A DNA stretch of 36,348 nt from IMG/VR virus record IMGVR_UViG_3300037419_001520, positions 1 through 36,348 of that record. One strand, 5' to 3'. The position numbers and the translations under genes were made by a program. The notes beneath the pieces are model-generated. The model was not told the origin of the DNA. It was given only the letters and a program-made list of their open reading frames with translations, and did no database searches. This document shows positions 9,668-18,681 of the stretch, in pieces. Origin of the DNA: a virus (lineage: Duplodnaviria; Caudoviricetes). Each line of letters begins with the position of its first letter. Position 1 is the stretch's first letter.

Positions 9668-10291
9668 CTACTCCTGAGGGTCGAGGACGACCTCGCCGCC
9701 GCCGGGTGCCACGACGGGCGGGGCGGGGGGAGGCGAGTAGGGGTCCTGGCGGGGCTCGTGGCCGAGCTGCGCGCGGCGGGTGGAGGCGACCGCCTCGACG
9801 TTCACGCGGAAGACGGCCTGACCGGCGGCGAGCTGGCGGCGCGAGCGGGCGTCACCGGGGACGGCGTCGTATCGCTCGTCGAGCCAGTCGACGGCCTCGG
9901 CGTGCCCGCCCAGGGTGTGCTCGTGGATGAGGAGGTCGCGGAGCGCGGCTGTGTAGACCTTCGCCAGCTCCTCGGCCTTTTCGCGGTCAGAGTCGGAGAC
10001 GACGATCGCGAAGCCGAGGGCGAACGAGGCCGACACCTTGCCCTGCCGCCGGACGGGCGGGTCGGCGAGGCCGGTCGACAGGATCAGGACGCACGGGAGG
10101 CGGTCCTCCGGCCACTTGTCGAGGCCGGTCGCCGTGACGTACGTCTTCGGGAACGGGAGCGAGCGGGGCGCTCGGCCCGTGGAGCGCTCGGCCCAGGCGA
10201 TGTACTCGGGCGCCCAGCGCTTCAGGGTGTCGCGCGCCCAGCGCTCGACGTCGGCCCCGGAGAGGAAGGGGCCGAAGGGCTCGTCAGGTAT
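9668..10291 (-). CDS. Tail terminator / completion protein, probably initiating at ATA
   Basis: The frame of the 122-aa ORF stays open 255 nt further upstream, to ATA at 10291, which is preceded by GGAGG; the extension reads like coding sequence (PDEPFGPFLSGADVERWARDTLKRW...WPEDRLPCVLILS). Confidence 0.7.
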   Translation of the reverse strand: MPDEPFGPFLSGADVERWARDTLKRWAPEYIAWAERSTGRAPRSLPFPKTYVTATGLDKWPEDRLPCVLILSTGLADPPVRRQGKVSASFALGFAIVVSDSDREKAEELAKVYTAALRDLLIHEHTLGGHAEAVDWLDERYDAVPGDARSRRQLAAGQAVFRVNVEAVASTRRAQLGHEPRQDPYSPPPAPPVVAPGGGEVVLDPQE

Positions 10292-10294
10292 GGA

Positions 10295-10777
10295 TCAGCC
10301 CTCCGTGAGGCCGAGGTGATCGCGCAGCGCTTCGTTGACGTCGCGTTGCGTCGCGGGGGTCTTCTTCAGGACGACGCGCTTCGCCTCGCCCCGGCCCTGC
10401 TGGGCAAACTGCCCGTAGTAGACGTCCCGGCCCGCCTCGCCGCCGATGTAGAACCCGAACTCCAGGGAGTCGGGCGAGCGGGCGAGCTTCTGGCCGGGGG
10501 CGCCCTTGACGGTCAGGGCGCGCTCCAGTGCGCCGGTCGCGCGCAGGATGCGCGAGGCGTTCGCGCGGACGCGGGCGTCCTTCGACCGGCCCTTGGCGGC
10601 CTGCGTTGCGTCCTTCAGCGGTGACCAGCCGTAGCCGTTCGCGCGCCAGCGGCGACGCGACTGTTCGAGGAGGATTTCCTCGACGCGATCGAAGAACGGG
10701 CTCGGGTCGCGGAGGCGGTAGGCGAGCCCCCGGAGACGCGCGGAGACTCGCCCGTCGCCGAAGACCTCGACGCTCAT
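10295..10777 (-). CDS. Neck / virion morphogenesis (gpS-like) protein
   Basis: 160 aa basic protein; WSPLK..T..K, ILRATGALERAL, YGQFAQQG pattern. Confidence 0.8.
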   Translation of the reverse strand: MSVEVFGDGRVSARLRGLAYRLRDPSPFFDRVEEILLEQSRRRWRANGYGWSPLKDATQAAKGRSKDARVRANASRILRATGALERALTVKGAPGQKLARSPDSLEFGFYIGGEAGRDVYYGQFAQQGRGEAKRVVLKKTPATQRDVNEALRDHLGLTEG

Positions 10778-11232
10778 GCGTCGGGGTTCGCGGCCCGCCA
10801 GGCGGCGAGGAAGCCCTGGGGCACAGAGGCGACGCGGATCGCGGTCGGCCCGGCGTGGGCCTTCTTCGCCTCGTCGTACTCGTCCAGGGCGTCGCGGTAC
10901 TGATCGCGGTAGGTCGCGAAGGCGCCGGTGTCGGGGCCGTCGGAGTCGCGCGAGAAGAGGCCGGACTCGACGAGCATCGCCGCGCGTAGGCGGACGATGC
11001 CTCGGGCCATCCCGTAGAGCGGCGTGGGGACGTCGCCGAGGCGCGGCGCGACGAGGTCGAGGGCGTCCTGAATGACGCCCTCGGCCTGTGTCTTCGTCGG
11101 GTTGGTGCCCTCGACGTCGCTCGCCGGGTCCGGGTCCTGGAAGACGCCCAGCTCGACGGAGTCGACGTACGTCCGGTCGCGCATGAGGCGCGCGAGGTCG
11201 TCCGCCGTCGGGGTGTAGTCGTCGAGGGCCAC
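10774..11232 (-). CDS. Head-to-tail adaptor
   Basis: 152 aa helical protein after the capsid genes; YTPTADDLARLMRDRT and LRAAMLVE resemble actinophage adaptors. Confidence 0.7.
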   Translation of the reverse strand: MALDDYTPTADDLARLMRDRTYVDSVELGVFQDPDPASDVEGTNPTKTQAEGVIQDALDLVAPRLGDVPTPLYGMARGIVRLRAAMLVESGLFSRDSDGPDTGAFATYRDQYRDALDEYDEAKKAHAGPTAIRVASVPQGFLAAWRAANPDA

Positions 11233-11235
11233 GGC

Positions 11236-11523
11236 CTACTCCTGGGCGGGGGCGTCGTCGCCGTCGGCGGGCGCGTCGGGCGCCGGGGCCTCGGGCGCGG
11301 GCGCCTCGGCCGGGGCCTCGGGCTTCGCCTTCGGCTTCGGGGCCTGGCGCTTCGGCTTCGGCTCGTCGGCGACCTGGACGGCCTCGGGGTCGCGCTTCGC
11401 GTAGTCCTTCAAGTACGCGACCTCGTTCTTGTCCTCCGTCTCGAACCGGCCGCTCTCGAAGCGGATGGCGGGACCGTTGCCGGGGTGGACGAGCAGGTTC
11501 GCGTGCGGCGAAGTGAAGATCAT
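11236..11523 (-). CDS. Small head-associated protein with a Pro/Ala/Lys-rich tail
   Basis: 95 aa, GAGGAGG RBS, directly after the major capsid gene. Confidence 0.7.
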   Translation of the reverse strand: MIFTSPHANLLVHPGNGPAIRFESGRFETEDKNEVAYLKDYAKRDPEAVQVADEPKPKRQAPKPKAKPEAPAEAPAPEAPAPDAPADGDDAPAQE

Positions 11524-11574
11524 GTAGGGGTTGCCTCCTCGGGGGTTGGGGCGTTTAGACGGGCAGGGCGGAGC

Positions 11575-11599
11575 GGGGGCGACCGCGAGGGCCGCCCCC
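11575..11599 (-). terminator. GC-rich hairpin after the capsid gene
   Basis: GGGGGCGGCC-CTCGC-GGTCGCCCCC on the minus strand, about 20 nt after the capsid stop; no U tract. Confidence 0.45.
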
Positions 11600-11620
11600 T
11601 AGCTCACGAGCGACCGGGGG

Positions 11621-12592
11621 CTAGGAGCCCGCCGGGGCCTTCACGTCCTTGATGAGGAAGTGGTTCTTCTCGTGGCCGTACTCCAGGCCGAACTCGCCGT
11701 ACAGCTGCGAGCGCTCGGCGGAGCCGGTCTTCGCCAGCGGCTCGACGAACAGGCCCGACTTGCCCGGAATGTCCAGGTAGCGCAGGCGGCAGGAGTCGAG
11801 CGACGCGCCGACGATCTGGTTCGCCGGGACGTAGCGGTCGAGAACGACGTTCAGCGTGCCGAAGTCCGTCTCGATGGTGGTACAGGCGACGCCGCCGATC
11901 GTGCGGCTCTGCTCGCGGTAGTTCTTGTCCGTGATGAAGAGCTTCGTGATCGCGCGCTTCAGGTCGGCGCCGACGAACAGGGTCGCCGACTCGCCCTCGC
12001 GGAAGCCGCCGCCCGTCCAAGCCGACTGAATCGCGTCGAGGACGATCGTGGTCGTGAGGTCGCGCAGCGTGCCGCCGTTGGCGGACACGTTGGACACGAT
12101 GGCCGACACGAGGCCGCGCGTCAGGCGCGGGGCGGTGTTGTCGGCGGGCTTCGCGTAGGTGCCGGTGAACAGCGACAGGTTGAGGTCCGTCGCGATGATC
12201 TTCAGCTCCTGGGTGATCTGCCAGGCGACCTCGTCCACGACGGGGTTGTCCTCGTTCGCGTTCGGGGTGAAGTCCCCGGCGAGCTGCGCGACGGCCGCGA
12301 TCTTCGTGTACGACACCTCGACGGCCTCGTGGAAAATCTGGAGGACGTTGTTCACGTTCGCCCGGACGCGCTCCTCGGAGGTGGGGGCGTTCGCGCCCTC
12401 CAGGCGGCCACGGATCGCGGCGGCGCGGAGGTCGTACGTCTGCCAGTCGAACTCGGTCGACTTGGCGGGGGCGGCGCCCTGAAGGCCGCCGATCATGGAC
12501 AGGAACTTCGTCTCGGTCGGCGAGACGGTGAAGAGACGGCCGGTGTAGTTGGGGAGGTTGAAGGTCGTCCCCTGGCCGGTGATGCCGGACAT
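11621..12592 (-). CDS. Major capsid protein (HK97 fold; DUF5309/SU10-like)
   Basis: 323 aa; TEFDWQT, NVLQIFHEAVEVSYT, IETDFG, EPLAKTG, YGEFGLEY; follows the scaffold gene. Confidence 0.92.
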   Translation of the reverse strand: MSGITGQGTTFNLPNYTGRLFTVSPTETKFLSMIGGLQGAAPAKSTEFDWQTYDLRAAAIRGRLEGANAPTSEERVRANVNNVLQIFHEAVEVSYTKIAAVAQLAGDFTPNANEDNPVVDEVAWQITQELKIIATDLNLSLFTGTYAKPADNTAPRLTRGLVSAIVSNVSANGGTLRDLTTTIVLDAIQSAWTGGGFREGESATLFVGADLKRAITKLFITDKNYREQSRTIGGVACTTIETDFGTLNVVLDRYVPANQIVGASLDSCRLRYLDIPGKSGLFVEPLAKTGSAERSQLYGEFGLEYGHEKNHFLIKDVKAPAGS

Positions 12593-12646
12593 TGTGTAGG
12601 TCTTGCTCCTAGTTGGAGGGGTTGTCTCTCAGAAGGGGGCCGGGGG

Positions 12647-13318
12647 CTACGCCTGGCCCATGTGGGCCTTCGCGAGCTTCACGGCCTGGAGACGGTCGAA
12701 CGTCTTCCAGTCGCCCTTCGCCTGGGCCTCGGCGATGCGCTCGTCGAGGGAGCCCTGCTTCGGGGCGGGCGGCCTCGCGCCGCCGTCGAGGGGGCCGGGC
12801 GGTGTGGTGCCCGTGCCGTCGCCGAGGAGGGCCTTCAGCGCGACGGCGTCGGCCTCCAGCTCCTCGGGCGTCGAGCCCTTCAGGCGGTCGGCCGCGTCGA
12901 ACGGGAGGCCCGCCTTCGCGGCGGCCTCGATGCGCGCGAGGCGCGAGGTCGCGTCGGACGCCGTCTTCTCGGCGTCCTCGGCGCGCTTCGTCAGCTTCTC
13001 CTGGTCGGAGAGCTGCGCGTCCTCGAACTCCTTCACCTTCGCGAGGGCATCGGCGGCAGCCTTCTCGGCGGCCTTGCGCGCGGCGCGCTCGGCGTCGAGG
13101 GCGCGCTTCCCGGCGTCGCCCAGCGTCTCGTCGGGCTTCGGCTCGGGAGCCTTCTCCTCGGGCTTCTTCTCGCCCTCGGGCTTCTTCTCGCCCTCGGGCG
13201 GCTCCTCGGCGCCCGCGAGGCGCGGGAACCGGCGGCCGGTGAGCGTGTCGGTCCAGTGGGACCCGTCGAAGGTAAAGCGGTCATCGCCCGTCGCGGGCGT
13301 CTTCAGGGTGTCCGGCAT
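12647..13318 (-). CDS. Capsid scaffolding protein
   Basis: 223 aa charged coiled coil; LGDAGKRALDAER..RLKGSTPEELEADA motif of actinophage scaffolds. Confidence 0.9.
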   Translation of the reverse strand: MPDTLKTPATGDDRFTFDGSHWTDTLTGRRFPRLAGAEEPPEGEKKPEGEKKPEEKAPEPKPDETLGDAGKRALDAERAARKAAEKAAADALAKVKEFEDAQLSDQEKLTKRAEDAEKTASDATSRLARIEAAAKAGLPFDAADRLKGSTPEELEADAVALKALLGDGTGTTPPGPLDGGARPPAPKQGSLDERIAEAQAKGDWKTFDRLQAVKLAKAHMGQA

Positions 13319-13330
13319 CGCGCCGTCCTC

Positions 13331-14197
13331 CTAGGTGGGGGTGGGGCCGGGGTCGCCCGGCCGGTTGGCAAGTGCGCGGAGGTCGTCGAGCGATGCCTCC
13401 GTGAACTGATCGGGCGTGACGACCTGGGCCTCGCGTCGCACGAGGGCGTCCAGGGGCACGGCCCCAGAGCGGATCAAGTCCGCCTTCTCGGCCCCGCCGC
13501 GCCCGTGGAAGAGCGCGGCCTGATCCTCGGGGGAGAGGCCGTCGAAGAACTCGCGGCCCGTGGGCCGCCGGAAGGTGTCGGGGACGCCGCGAACGACGGG
13601 CTCGCGGACACACCGACAGTGACCGTGCCGATGGAAGGCGTCGGTCGGGTCGTGGACGCGGCCGTCGGCCTGCGCGAGGCACGCCCCGCAGGGGTTCGCA
13701 CCAATGACGCGCTTCCAGCCGTCGACCCGGTCCTCGTTCGCCATGAGGTCGCCCAGCGCACGACGCGGGGCGTCCAGCACCTCCTCGGAGACGACGCGCG
13801 TCGCGCGCACCAGCCCAAGGCGGAGGGCGTCCTGGCGCCCCTCGGCCAGCGCGCGCTTCACGGTGAAGAGCGGCGGCGTCAGGGCGTCGGCGAGGGACCG
13901 GCCGTCGACCGTGTCCACGAAGGGGGAGGGGTCGAGCCCCTGGAGCTGAGGGTGGGTCCCCAGCTCGGCGGCGACGTACGTCGCGAGGTAGGCGTCCGAC
14001 AGGGTCACGCCCTGCCGCTTCACGCCCTCGACCGCCGCGCCCACGAGGGACCGCCAGCGGCCGTAGCTCGCGTCGAGGTCCCGAAGGGAGAGGGCCATCC
14101 AGGCGGAGGCGGCGAGGTGCGCCGTCCGTGCCCGGAGGTCGAGGAGGTTCGAGCGGTAGGTGTCGGTGAGCCGGTACGCCTGGGGCGTACTAGGCAC
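13331..14197 (-). CDS. Minor capsid / capsid maturation (MuF-like) protein
   Basis: 288 aa; WKRV..CGAC..FHRHGHCRC..P motif; between portal and scaffold. Confidence 0.8.
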   Translation of the reverse strand: MPSTPQAYRLTDTYRSNLLDLRARTAHLAASAWMALSLRDLDASYGRWRSLVGAAVEGVKRQGVTLSDAYLATYVAAELGTHPQLQGLDPSPFVDTVDGRSLADALTPPLFTVKRALAEGRQDALRLGLVRATRVVSEEVLDAPRRALGDLMANEDRVDGWKRVIGANPCGACLAQADGRVHDPTDAFHRHGHCRCVREPVVRGVPDTFRRPTGREFFDGLSPEDQAALFHGRGGAEKADLIRSGAVPLDALVRREAQVVTPDQFTEASLDDLRALANRPGDPGPTPT

Positions 14198-15686
14198 CGG
14201 ACCCGCCGCCGGTCACGCCCGTCGAGGCCGCCCGTGGCGTCTCGTTCGGGAGGCCCTGGTCCTCGGGGCCGGTCCCAGCGAGGGCCGCCGCCATCGCCTC
14301 GGCGAGGGCCTTCTGGCGCAGCTCCGCCCAGCGGGTGCGCTCGGTCGCGCTGGCGCCGATGCGCTCCCACAGGGCCTCGACCGGGACCTCCAGCTCCTTG
14401 AGCTTCAGGGCGGCGTCGGCCACCTCGGCCTCGGAGCGGTTCTCCGGGTTGCGCCAAAGCGTCTCGATCGCCTTCGCCCCGGCCTTCTTCTCCTGGCCGG
14501 GAGAGGCGAGGAAGCCGAGGCGGATCACCGACTCCCAGCTCTGCCCCATGTAGCGCGAGGTGCCGCGCACCTTCGACACGAGGCCCGTCTCCGCCGCCTT
14601 CAGGGCGTCGCCCGAGGCGTTGACAACAGTCCCCATGAGGTAGTGCGGCGGGGTGCGCGTCTGGGCCGCGACGTGCTGGACGAACATCTCAACGGCCTTC
14701 ACGTACAACGTGAGGTCCGAGGCGCCCCACTCCTGCGCGCGGGCGTCGGGCTCCTCGGTCACGAGGAGGCGCGAGACGGCGGCCACAAAAGCCTCGTTCA
14801 TCGGCTCCCCGGCCTGGGGGTGGCCCTCGGGGTACCGGGGCACCTCGACGCCCGAGAGGAGGCGCTGGCGGAACGCCGTGAACTCGGACGCGACGACGAG
14901 GTCCGTCGCCAGTTTGTTGATCGCGTTCTGTAGCGGGATGACCTTCTTCAGGTCCGACCGGCCACCGCGCAGGAGGCTCGGGTCGTTCTCCAGGCCGACG
15001 ACCGGCACGAGGCCGCCGAAGACACGGAAGTAGTCGACGAAACTCACCGAATCGTCGCGCGGAACCCACTCGGAGGTCGTGCCGAGAATCGACGTCGCGG
15101 GCTTCTTCGACCGCCAGCGGTAGGCGCCCTCGGGGCGGTAGACGGTCGCGTAGAGCGTGCCGTCGTCGTCCTGCCACTTCTTGATCGCCGCGAGGACGCG
15201 GCGCCGGTCGCCCGGGTCGTGATGGACGTAGACCTGGGTCGGGTGCTCGACCGTGATCCGGGCGAACTCCTGGCCGGGCTCGACGATGATCGCCGACCGC
15301 TTCAGCTTGACGGCCTCCAGCATCGCGGCCGAGGAGTAGGCGTCCAGGCCGTTGCGCTGCCAGAGGTCCCAGGCGGCCTCGTCGGAGTCCTCGGGCTCGG
15401 AGTCGTCGTCGGGCTTCAGGCGGAAGCCCTCGACGGCCAGGCGCTCGGCCTTTGCGTCCACGACGACCTCGCACCAGTTGTCCGCGAACTCCTCGAAGAG
15501 GTCGCCGAACGCCTCGCGGAACTTCGGCGTCGCGAAGAAGAGCGGATGGTCGCCCTCGTAGTACGAGTCGTACAGGTCCAGCTCGCGACGCTCGGCCTCC
15601 ATGCGCGCGTTGAGGTACGCGAGCCACCACTTCGGGGAGCCCACGGGCTCGTTAGCCGCGTCGAGCACGGCCATCATGTCGGGCAC
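14190..15686 (-). CDS. Portal protein (SPP1 gp6-like)
   Basis: 498 aa; YYEGDHP, NWCEVVVDAKAERLAVEGFR, NASGDALKAAETGLV. Confidence 0.95.
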   Translation of the reverse strand: MPDMMAVLDAANEPVGSPKWWLAYLNARMEAERRELDLYDSYYEGDHPLFFATPKFREAFGDLFEEFADNWCEVVVDAKAERLAVEGFRLKPDDDSEPEDSDEAAWDLWQRNGLDAYSSAAMLEAVKLKRSAIIVEPGQEFARITVEHPTQVYVHHDPGDRRRVLAAIKKWQDDDGTLYATVYRPEGAYRWRSKKPATSILGTTSEWVPRDDSVSFVDYFRVFGGLVPVVGLENDPSLLRGGRSDLKKVIPLQNAINKLATDLVVASEFTAFRQRLLSGVEVPRYPEGHPQAGEPMNEAFVAAVSRLLVTEEPDARAQEWGASDLTLYVKAVEMFVQHVAAQTRTPPHYLMGTVVNASGDALKAAETGLVSKVRGTSRYMGQSWESVIRLGFLASPGQEKKAGAKAIETLWRNPENRSEAEVADAALKLKELEVPVEALWERIGASATERTRWAELRQKALAEAMAAALAGTGPEDQGLPNETPRAASTGVTGGGSGA

Positions 15687-15705
15687 GAGCGGCCCTCCCT
15701 TCGGA

Positions 15706-17385
15706 TCAGTAGACGTGCAAGGTGCGCGAGCTGCCCGACGCCTCGGCGCCGAGGCCGATCACGTCGCGGTAGCCGTCCCAGGACAGGCACGCCGCCATCG
15801 CGAGGTCGATCGCGTTCGGCGAGTCCGGGCGGTCCTTCCGCATCCGGAACATGGGGCGGCCGTCCTCGTCGAGGAGGCTCAGGTCTTCGCGGCGGGCGTT
15901 CGCGATGTGCGCCCGGAGGCGCTTGTCACCGTCGTTCTTGCACTCGCCCGACACAATGGCATTGACATGCGCGCGGACGGCGAGCGCCATCGGCCGGACG
16001 ACGTTCGTATGGAACGCGAAGACGCGCGGGTGGCGGCGACGCTGGCGGGCCTTGCCGATGCGGACCGTGCCGTGGCGGCCGACCCACGCCGAGACGTAGC
16101 TCTCCCACCAATACGGGTCCGCCTTCATCCGCAGGACGTCCCAGCGTCTAAACGCGCCTGCCACTACCTCGTCGACCTCGTCGCCGGGAATCTCGTAGCC
16201 CGGGACCGGCTTCCCGTCCTTCTGGCGCGGGACGCCCCAGGCGCCGACGACGAACTGACGACCCGTCGCGACGCAAGTCCCGACGAGGCCCGTCCAGTCG
16301 CGTGACCGCGAGCCGTCGAAGCCGAGCGTGATCGGGGCGCCGGGCGAGGGTTTCCAGCCCACCTCGGCCAGCTCGTCGAAGCGGGTCACTGAGTAGACCT
16401 GACTGGAGGAGGCGACCTCGCGGTTCAGCCACACCCGCTCCCAATACGCCAGGTCGTTGTCCGGGTCGTACGAGAGGCCCACGACGTAGTCGACGTCGGT
16501 ATGGGCGGCGGCGGGGCCGGACGCCTCCAGGACGGCCGCCACGCGGCCCTCGCGGGTGTCGAGGTCGTGCCGGTCGCTCGCGTACCGGTGGTAGAAGAAG
16601 AGCGACGGCTCCTCGACCTCGCCCTTCTCGATCAGCTTCGCGTAGTTGTGCGTGCGCTCGGCGATCGAGTCCTTACCGGGCTCGTAGCTCGTCGTGACCT
16701 CCAGGCTCCAGGCGTCGGCCGCCTTTCGCTTCGGGAGGTTCTGGAGCATCGTCTGATGCGCGTGGCGGAGCCGGTCGGAATCCTGGCGATGCGTCTCGTC
16801 GAAGAGCTGGAAGGTCGTCCGGGCGCCGTCGCGCGAGTTAGGCGCGGCGGCCAGCGCGACGGCCTTCCCGGCGGCCTTGCCGTTCGCGCCCTTCACGAGC
16901 ACGCGCTCCACGCCGAGGTCGAAGTCGTCGGCCAGCGGCCCCTCCCCCAGCATGACGAGGAGGGCGCCGTACGCCAGCTCCTCGGACTGCTCCTCCGTGA
17001 AGGCGACCATCGGGATATACGGGTCGCTCACGCCGACGCCGACGGGCTCGCCGTAGGCGTCGAATCCGTCGCACCGGACCGGCGCGTCGGGGTGCAGCTC
17101 GCACGCCGCGATGGCGGCGCCTAGCTCGGTCTTCGCCCAGCCCTTCCGGACGCTCAGGCCGCCGCGCTTGAAGCGGCGGCGCCCGGCGCGCGGGTGGTCC
17201 TGGGGGTAGACCTCGTAGAGGCGGTAGATGACCGCGCGCTTCTCGTCGTCGAGGCGGTACGGCTGGCCCCTGACGTCGCCGGGACCGAAGACGAGGAAGT
17301 CCTCCATGAAGTCGACGACCTGGGGGCCGAGCGTCGGGAACTCCTCTCCCGGCGGGTCGAGCCGGGGGACCATGAGAACGGCCAT
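15706..17385 (-). CDS. terL: Terminase large subunit
   Basis: 559 aa; RKGWAKTE Walker A variant, FDETH Walker B, LGFDGS and IDLAMA nuclease motifs. Confidence 0.95.
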   Translation of the reverse strand: MAVLMVPRLDPPGEEFPTLGPQVVDFMEDFLVFGPGDVRGQPYRLDDEKRAVIYRLYEVYPQDHPRAGRRRFKRGGLSVRKGWAKTELGAAIAACELHPDAPVRCDGFDAYGEPVGVGVSDPYIPMVAFTEEQSEELAYGALLVMLGEGPLADDFDLGVERVLVKGANGKAAGKAVALAAAPNSRDGARTTFQLFDETHRQDSDRLRHAHQTMLQNLPKRKAADAWSLEVTTSYEPGKDSIAERTHNYAKLIEKGEVEEPSLFFYHRYASDRHDLDTREGRVAAVLEASGPAAAHTDVDYVVGLSYDPDNDLAYWERVWLNREVASSSQVYSVTRFDELAEVGWKPSPGAPITLGFDGSRSRDWTGLVGTCVATGRQFVVGAWGVPRQKDGKPVPGYEIPGDEVDEVVAGAFRRWDVLRMKADPYWWESYVSAWVGRHGTVRIGKARQRRRHPRVFAFHTNVVRPMALAVRAHVNAIVSGECKNDGDKRLRAHIANARREDLSLLDEDGRPMFRMRKDRPDSPNAIDLAMAACLSWDGYRDVIGLGAEASGSSRTLHVY

Positions 17386-17399
17386 GCGACCTCCCGGGG

Positions 17400-17428
17400 T
17401 TGCGGCCTACCGTGAACGGTGTATACTC
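17400..17428 (+). promoter_or_regulatory. Class I promoter (dyad ACCGTGAACGGT plus TATACT) for a leaderless gene
   Basis: CTACCGTGAACGGTGTATACTC is identical to the copy at 29422-29443; ATG follows 7 nt after TATACT. Confidence 0.75.
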
Positions 17429-17434
17429 AGCGGC

Positions 17435-17662
17435 ATGACCGCTTCCCGCCCCGTCGTCTCCGTCGTCGACCGCACCACGAGCAACGGCTCCACACGCGCC
17501 GGTCAGGTGCCGGTCATCCGGCGCCTCACGGACCTGATCGTCGATGGGGCCGTGGTCGAGACGATCATTTGGAACGGGCCGCTCCTGCGGCGCCTGGAGT
17601 CGAGGGGCCTCGGCCGGGACGACTACGTCGCCGAGCGCATCGCGCGGATCGAGCGCGGCTAG
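17435..17662 (+). CDS. Hypothetical 75-aa protein on the opposite strand between terS and terL
   Basis: MTASRPVVSVVDRTTSNG...IARIERG fills the terS-terL gap and has its own promoter; its TAG overlaps the terS TAG in CTAG. Confidence 0.75.
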   Translation: MTASRPVVSVVDRTTSNGSTRAGQVPVIRRLTDLIVDGAVVETIIWNGPLLRRLESRGLGRDDYVAERIARIERG

Positions 17663-18201
17663 TCGTCGGCGCCGAGGAGGGCGCGCGGGTCGGGCTTCGC
17701 GGCGCTGTCGCCCTCGGCGGGGCGCGGGCGGTTCCGCTTCCGGCGGCGCTCCTCGGCCTCGTCGCCGCGATCGACCTCCCACTGGAGGCGACGGCGCGCG
17801 ATCGGGTCAAGGCCGTACTGCTGACGCTGGAGCCGCAGCTCCTTCCCCAGCTCGTTTGCGCCGGACACCTGGCCGGACTCCAGACGGCGCCAGAAGGCGT
17901 CCGTCATCGCGACGAGGACGTACAGGCCCTCGACGTCGGCGTCCAGATACTCGCCGCGCATCGGCGAGGTCCACAGCTCCTCCCACAGCGCGACGGCGCG
18001 CTCGTGCCACTCGGCCTCGACGACGACGACCGAGCCATCGTCGCGCTTCTCCTCGACGCGGCGGGGCGGGAGGGACGCGCGCATCGCCTCGACCTCGGGC
18101 TCCTCGCCCTCGACGGGCGGCACGAGCGACAGCCTCGCGGCGGTCGCCGTCTTGTTCCGCCGGGCGCGGAGCGTCGGGTCCTTCGGCGTGGGGCCGGGCA
18201 T
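17659..18201 (-). CDS. terS: Terminase small subunit
   Basis: MPGPTPKDPTLRARRNK..W..LWTSPM..ELRLQ..YGLDPIARRRLQW, typical of actinophage TerS; GAGGAGGTGA RBS favours ATG 18201. Confidence 0.88.
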   Translation of the reverse strand: MPGPTPKDPTLRARRNKTATAARLSLVPPVEGEEPEVEAMRASLPPRRVEEKRDDGSVVVVEAEWHERAVALWEELWTSPMRGEYLDADVEGLYVLVAMTDAFWRRLESGQVSGANELGKELRLQRQQYGLDPIARRRLQWEVDRGDEAEERRRKRNRPRPAEGDSAAKPDPRALLGADD

Positions 18202-18359
18202 GGCGCTCACCTCCTCGGCGGGCGGAAGACGGCTGGACCGGGCCAGCTCGTTAGAGCCCGGCTCGCGGCGCGGGCAGGACAGGAAGGGGACGGGGCGTGT
18301 CAGGCCCCCGGAGGGCCGCTACGGGGCCGCCAGGGGCCGCTCCGGGCCTCCTCGCGACG

Positions 18360-18466
18360 GGGCCGGGGGATCGCCCTAGGGGACCCCTCCAACCCGTACA
18401 GGGGAAAATCCGCCCCCCTGCGCGGCGTCGCTCCCCCTCGAAGGGGGTTGCCCCCCTGGGGTGGGG
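18360..18466 (-). other. Probable genome terminus (cos) region
   Basis: Non-coding gap between the HNH/Zn-finger block and terS, with G/C runs, short hairpins and CCTGTACGGGTT; HNH-gap-terS order is typical of cos phages. Confidence 0.45.
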
Positions 18467-18679
18467 TCAGCTCAGCGCGAGGCGCGCGGGCAGTGGAACG
18501 ACGATGGCCCCGTGTCCTCCGCACGTCGGGCAGAGGAGCCCTCCTCGTCTTCCCCTCTCACAGCGGGGACAGGGAGCGCTCGTGTGTCCGTAGTTCTGGA
18601 CAGTGGGGTGCACCGTGATCGTGAGGCCGTTCGGCCGTGCCCCAGGTAGAGCACCGTGGGAGTAAGCACCGTGCGCCAT
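18467..18679 (-). CDS. Small Zn-finger protein (CPRC..CPTCGGHG)
   Basis: ATG at 18679 just after the previous TAG; 70 aa with a DnaJ-like Cys motif. Confidence 0.55.
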   Translation of the reverse strand: MAHGAYSHGALPGARPNGLTITVHPTVQNYGHTSAPCPRCERGRRGGLLCPTCGGHGAIVVPLPARLALS

Positions 18680-18681
18680 GC

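Noticed and set aside
13163-13198. 18-bp tandem repeat
   Set aside because: Encodes PEGEKK twice in the low-complexity scaffold linker
11660-14401. Very long plus-strand ORFs (913 aa here; also 2395-4122, 4769-6964, 8074-9645, 20866-22911, 23852-25321)
   Set aside because: Antisense shadows of real minus-strand genes, expected from high GC3 codon bias; no recognisable motifs or RBS
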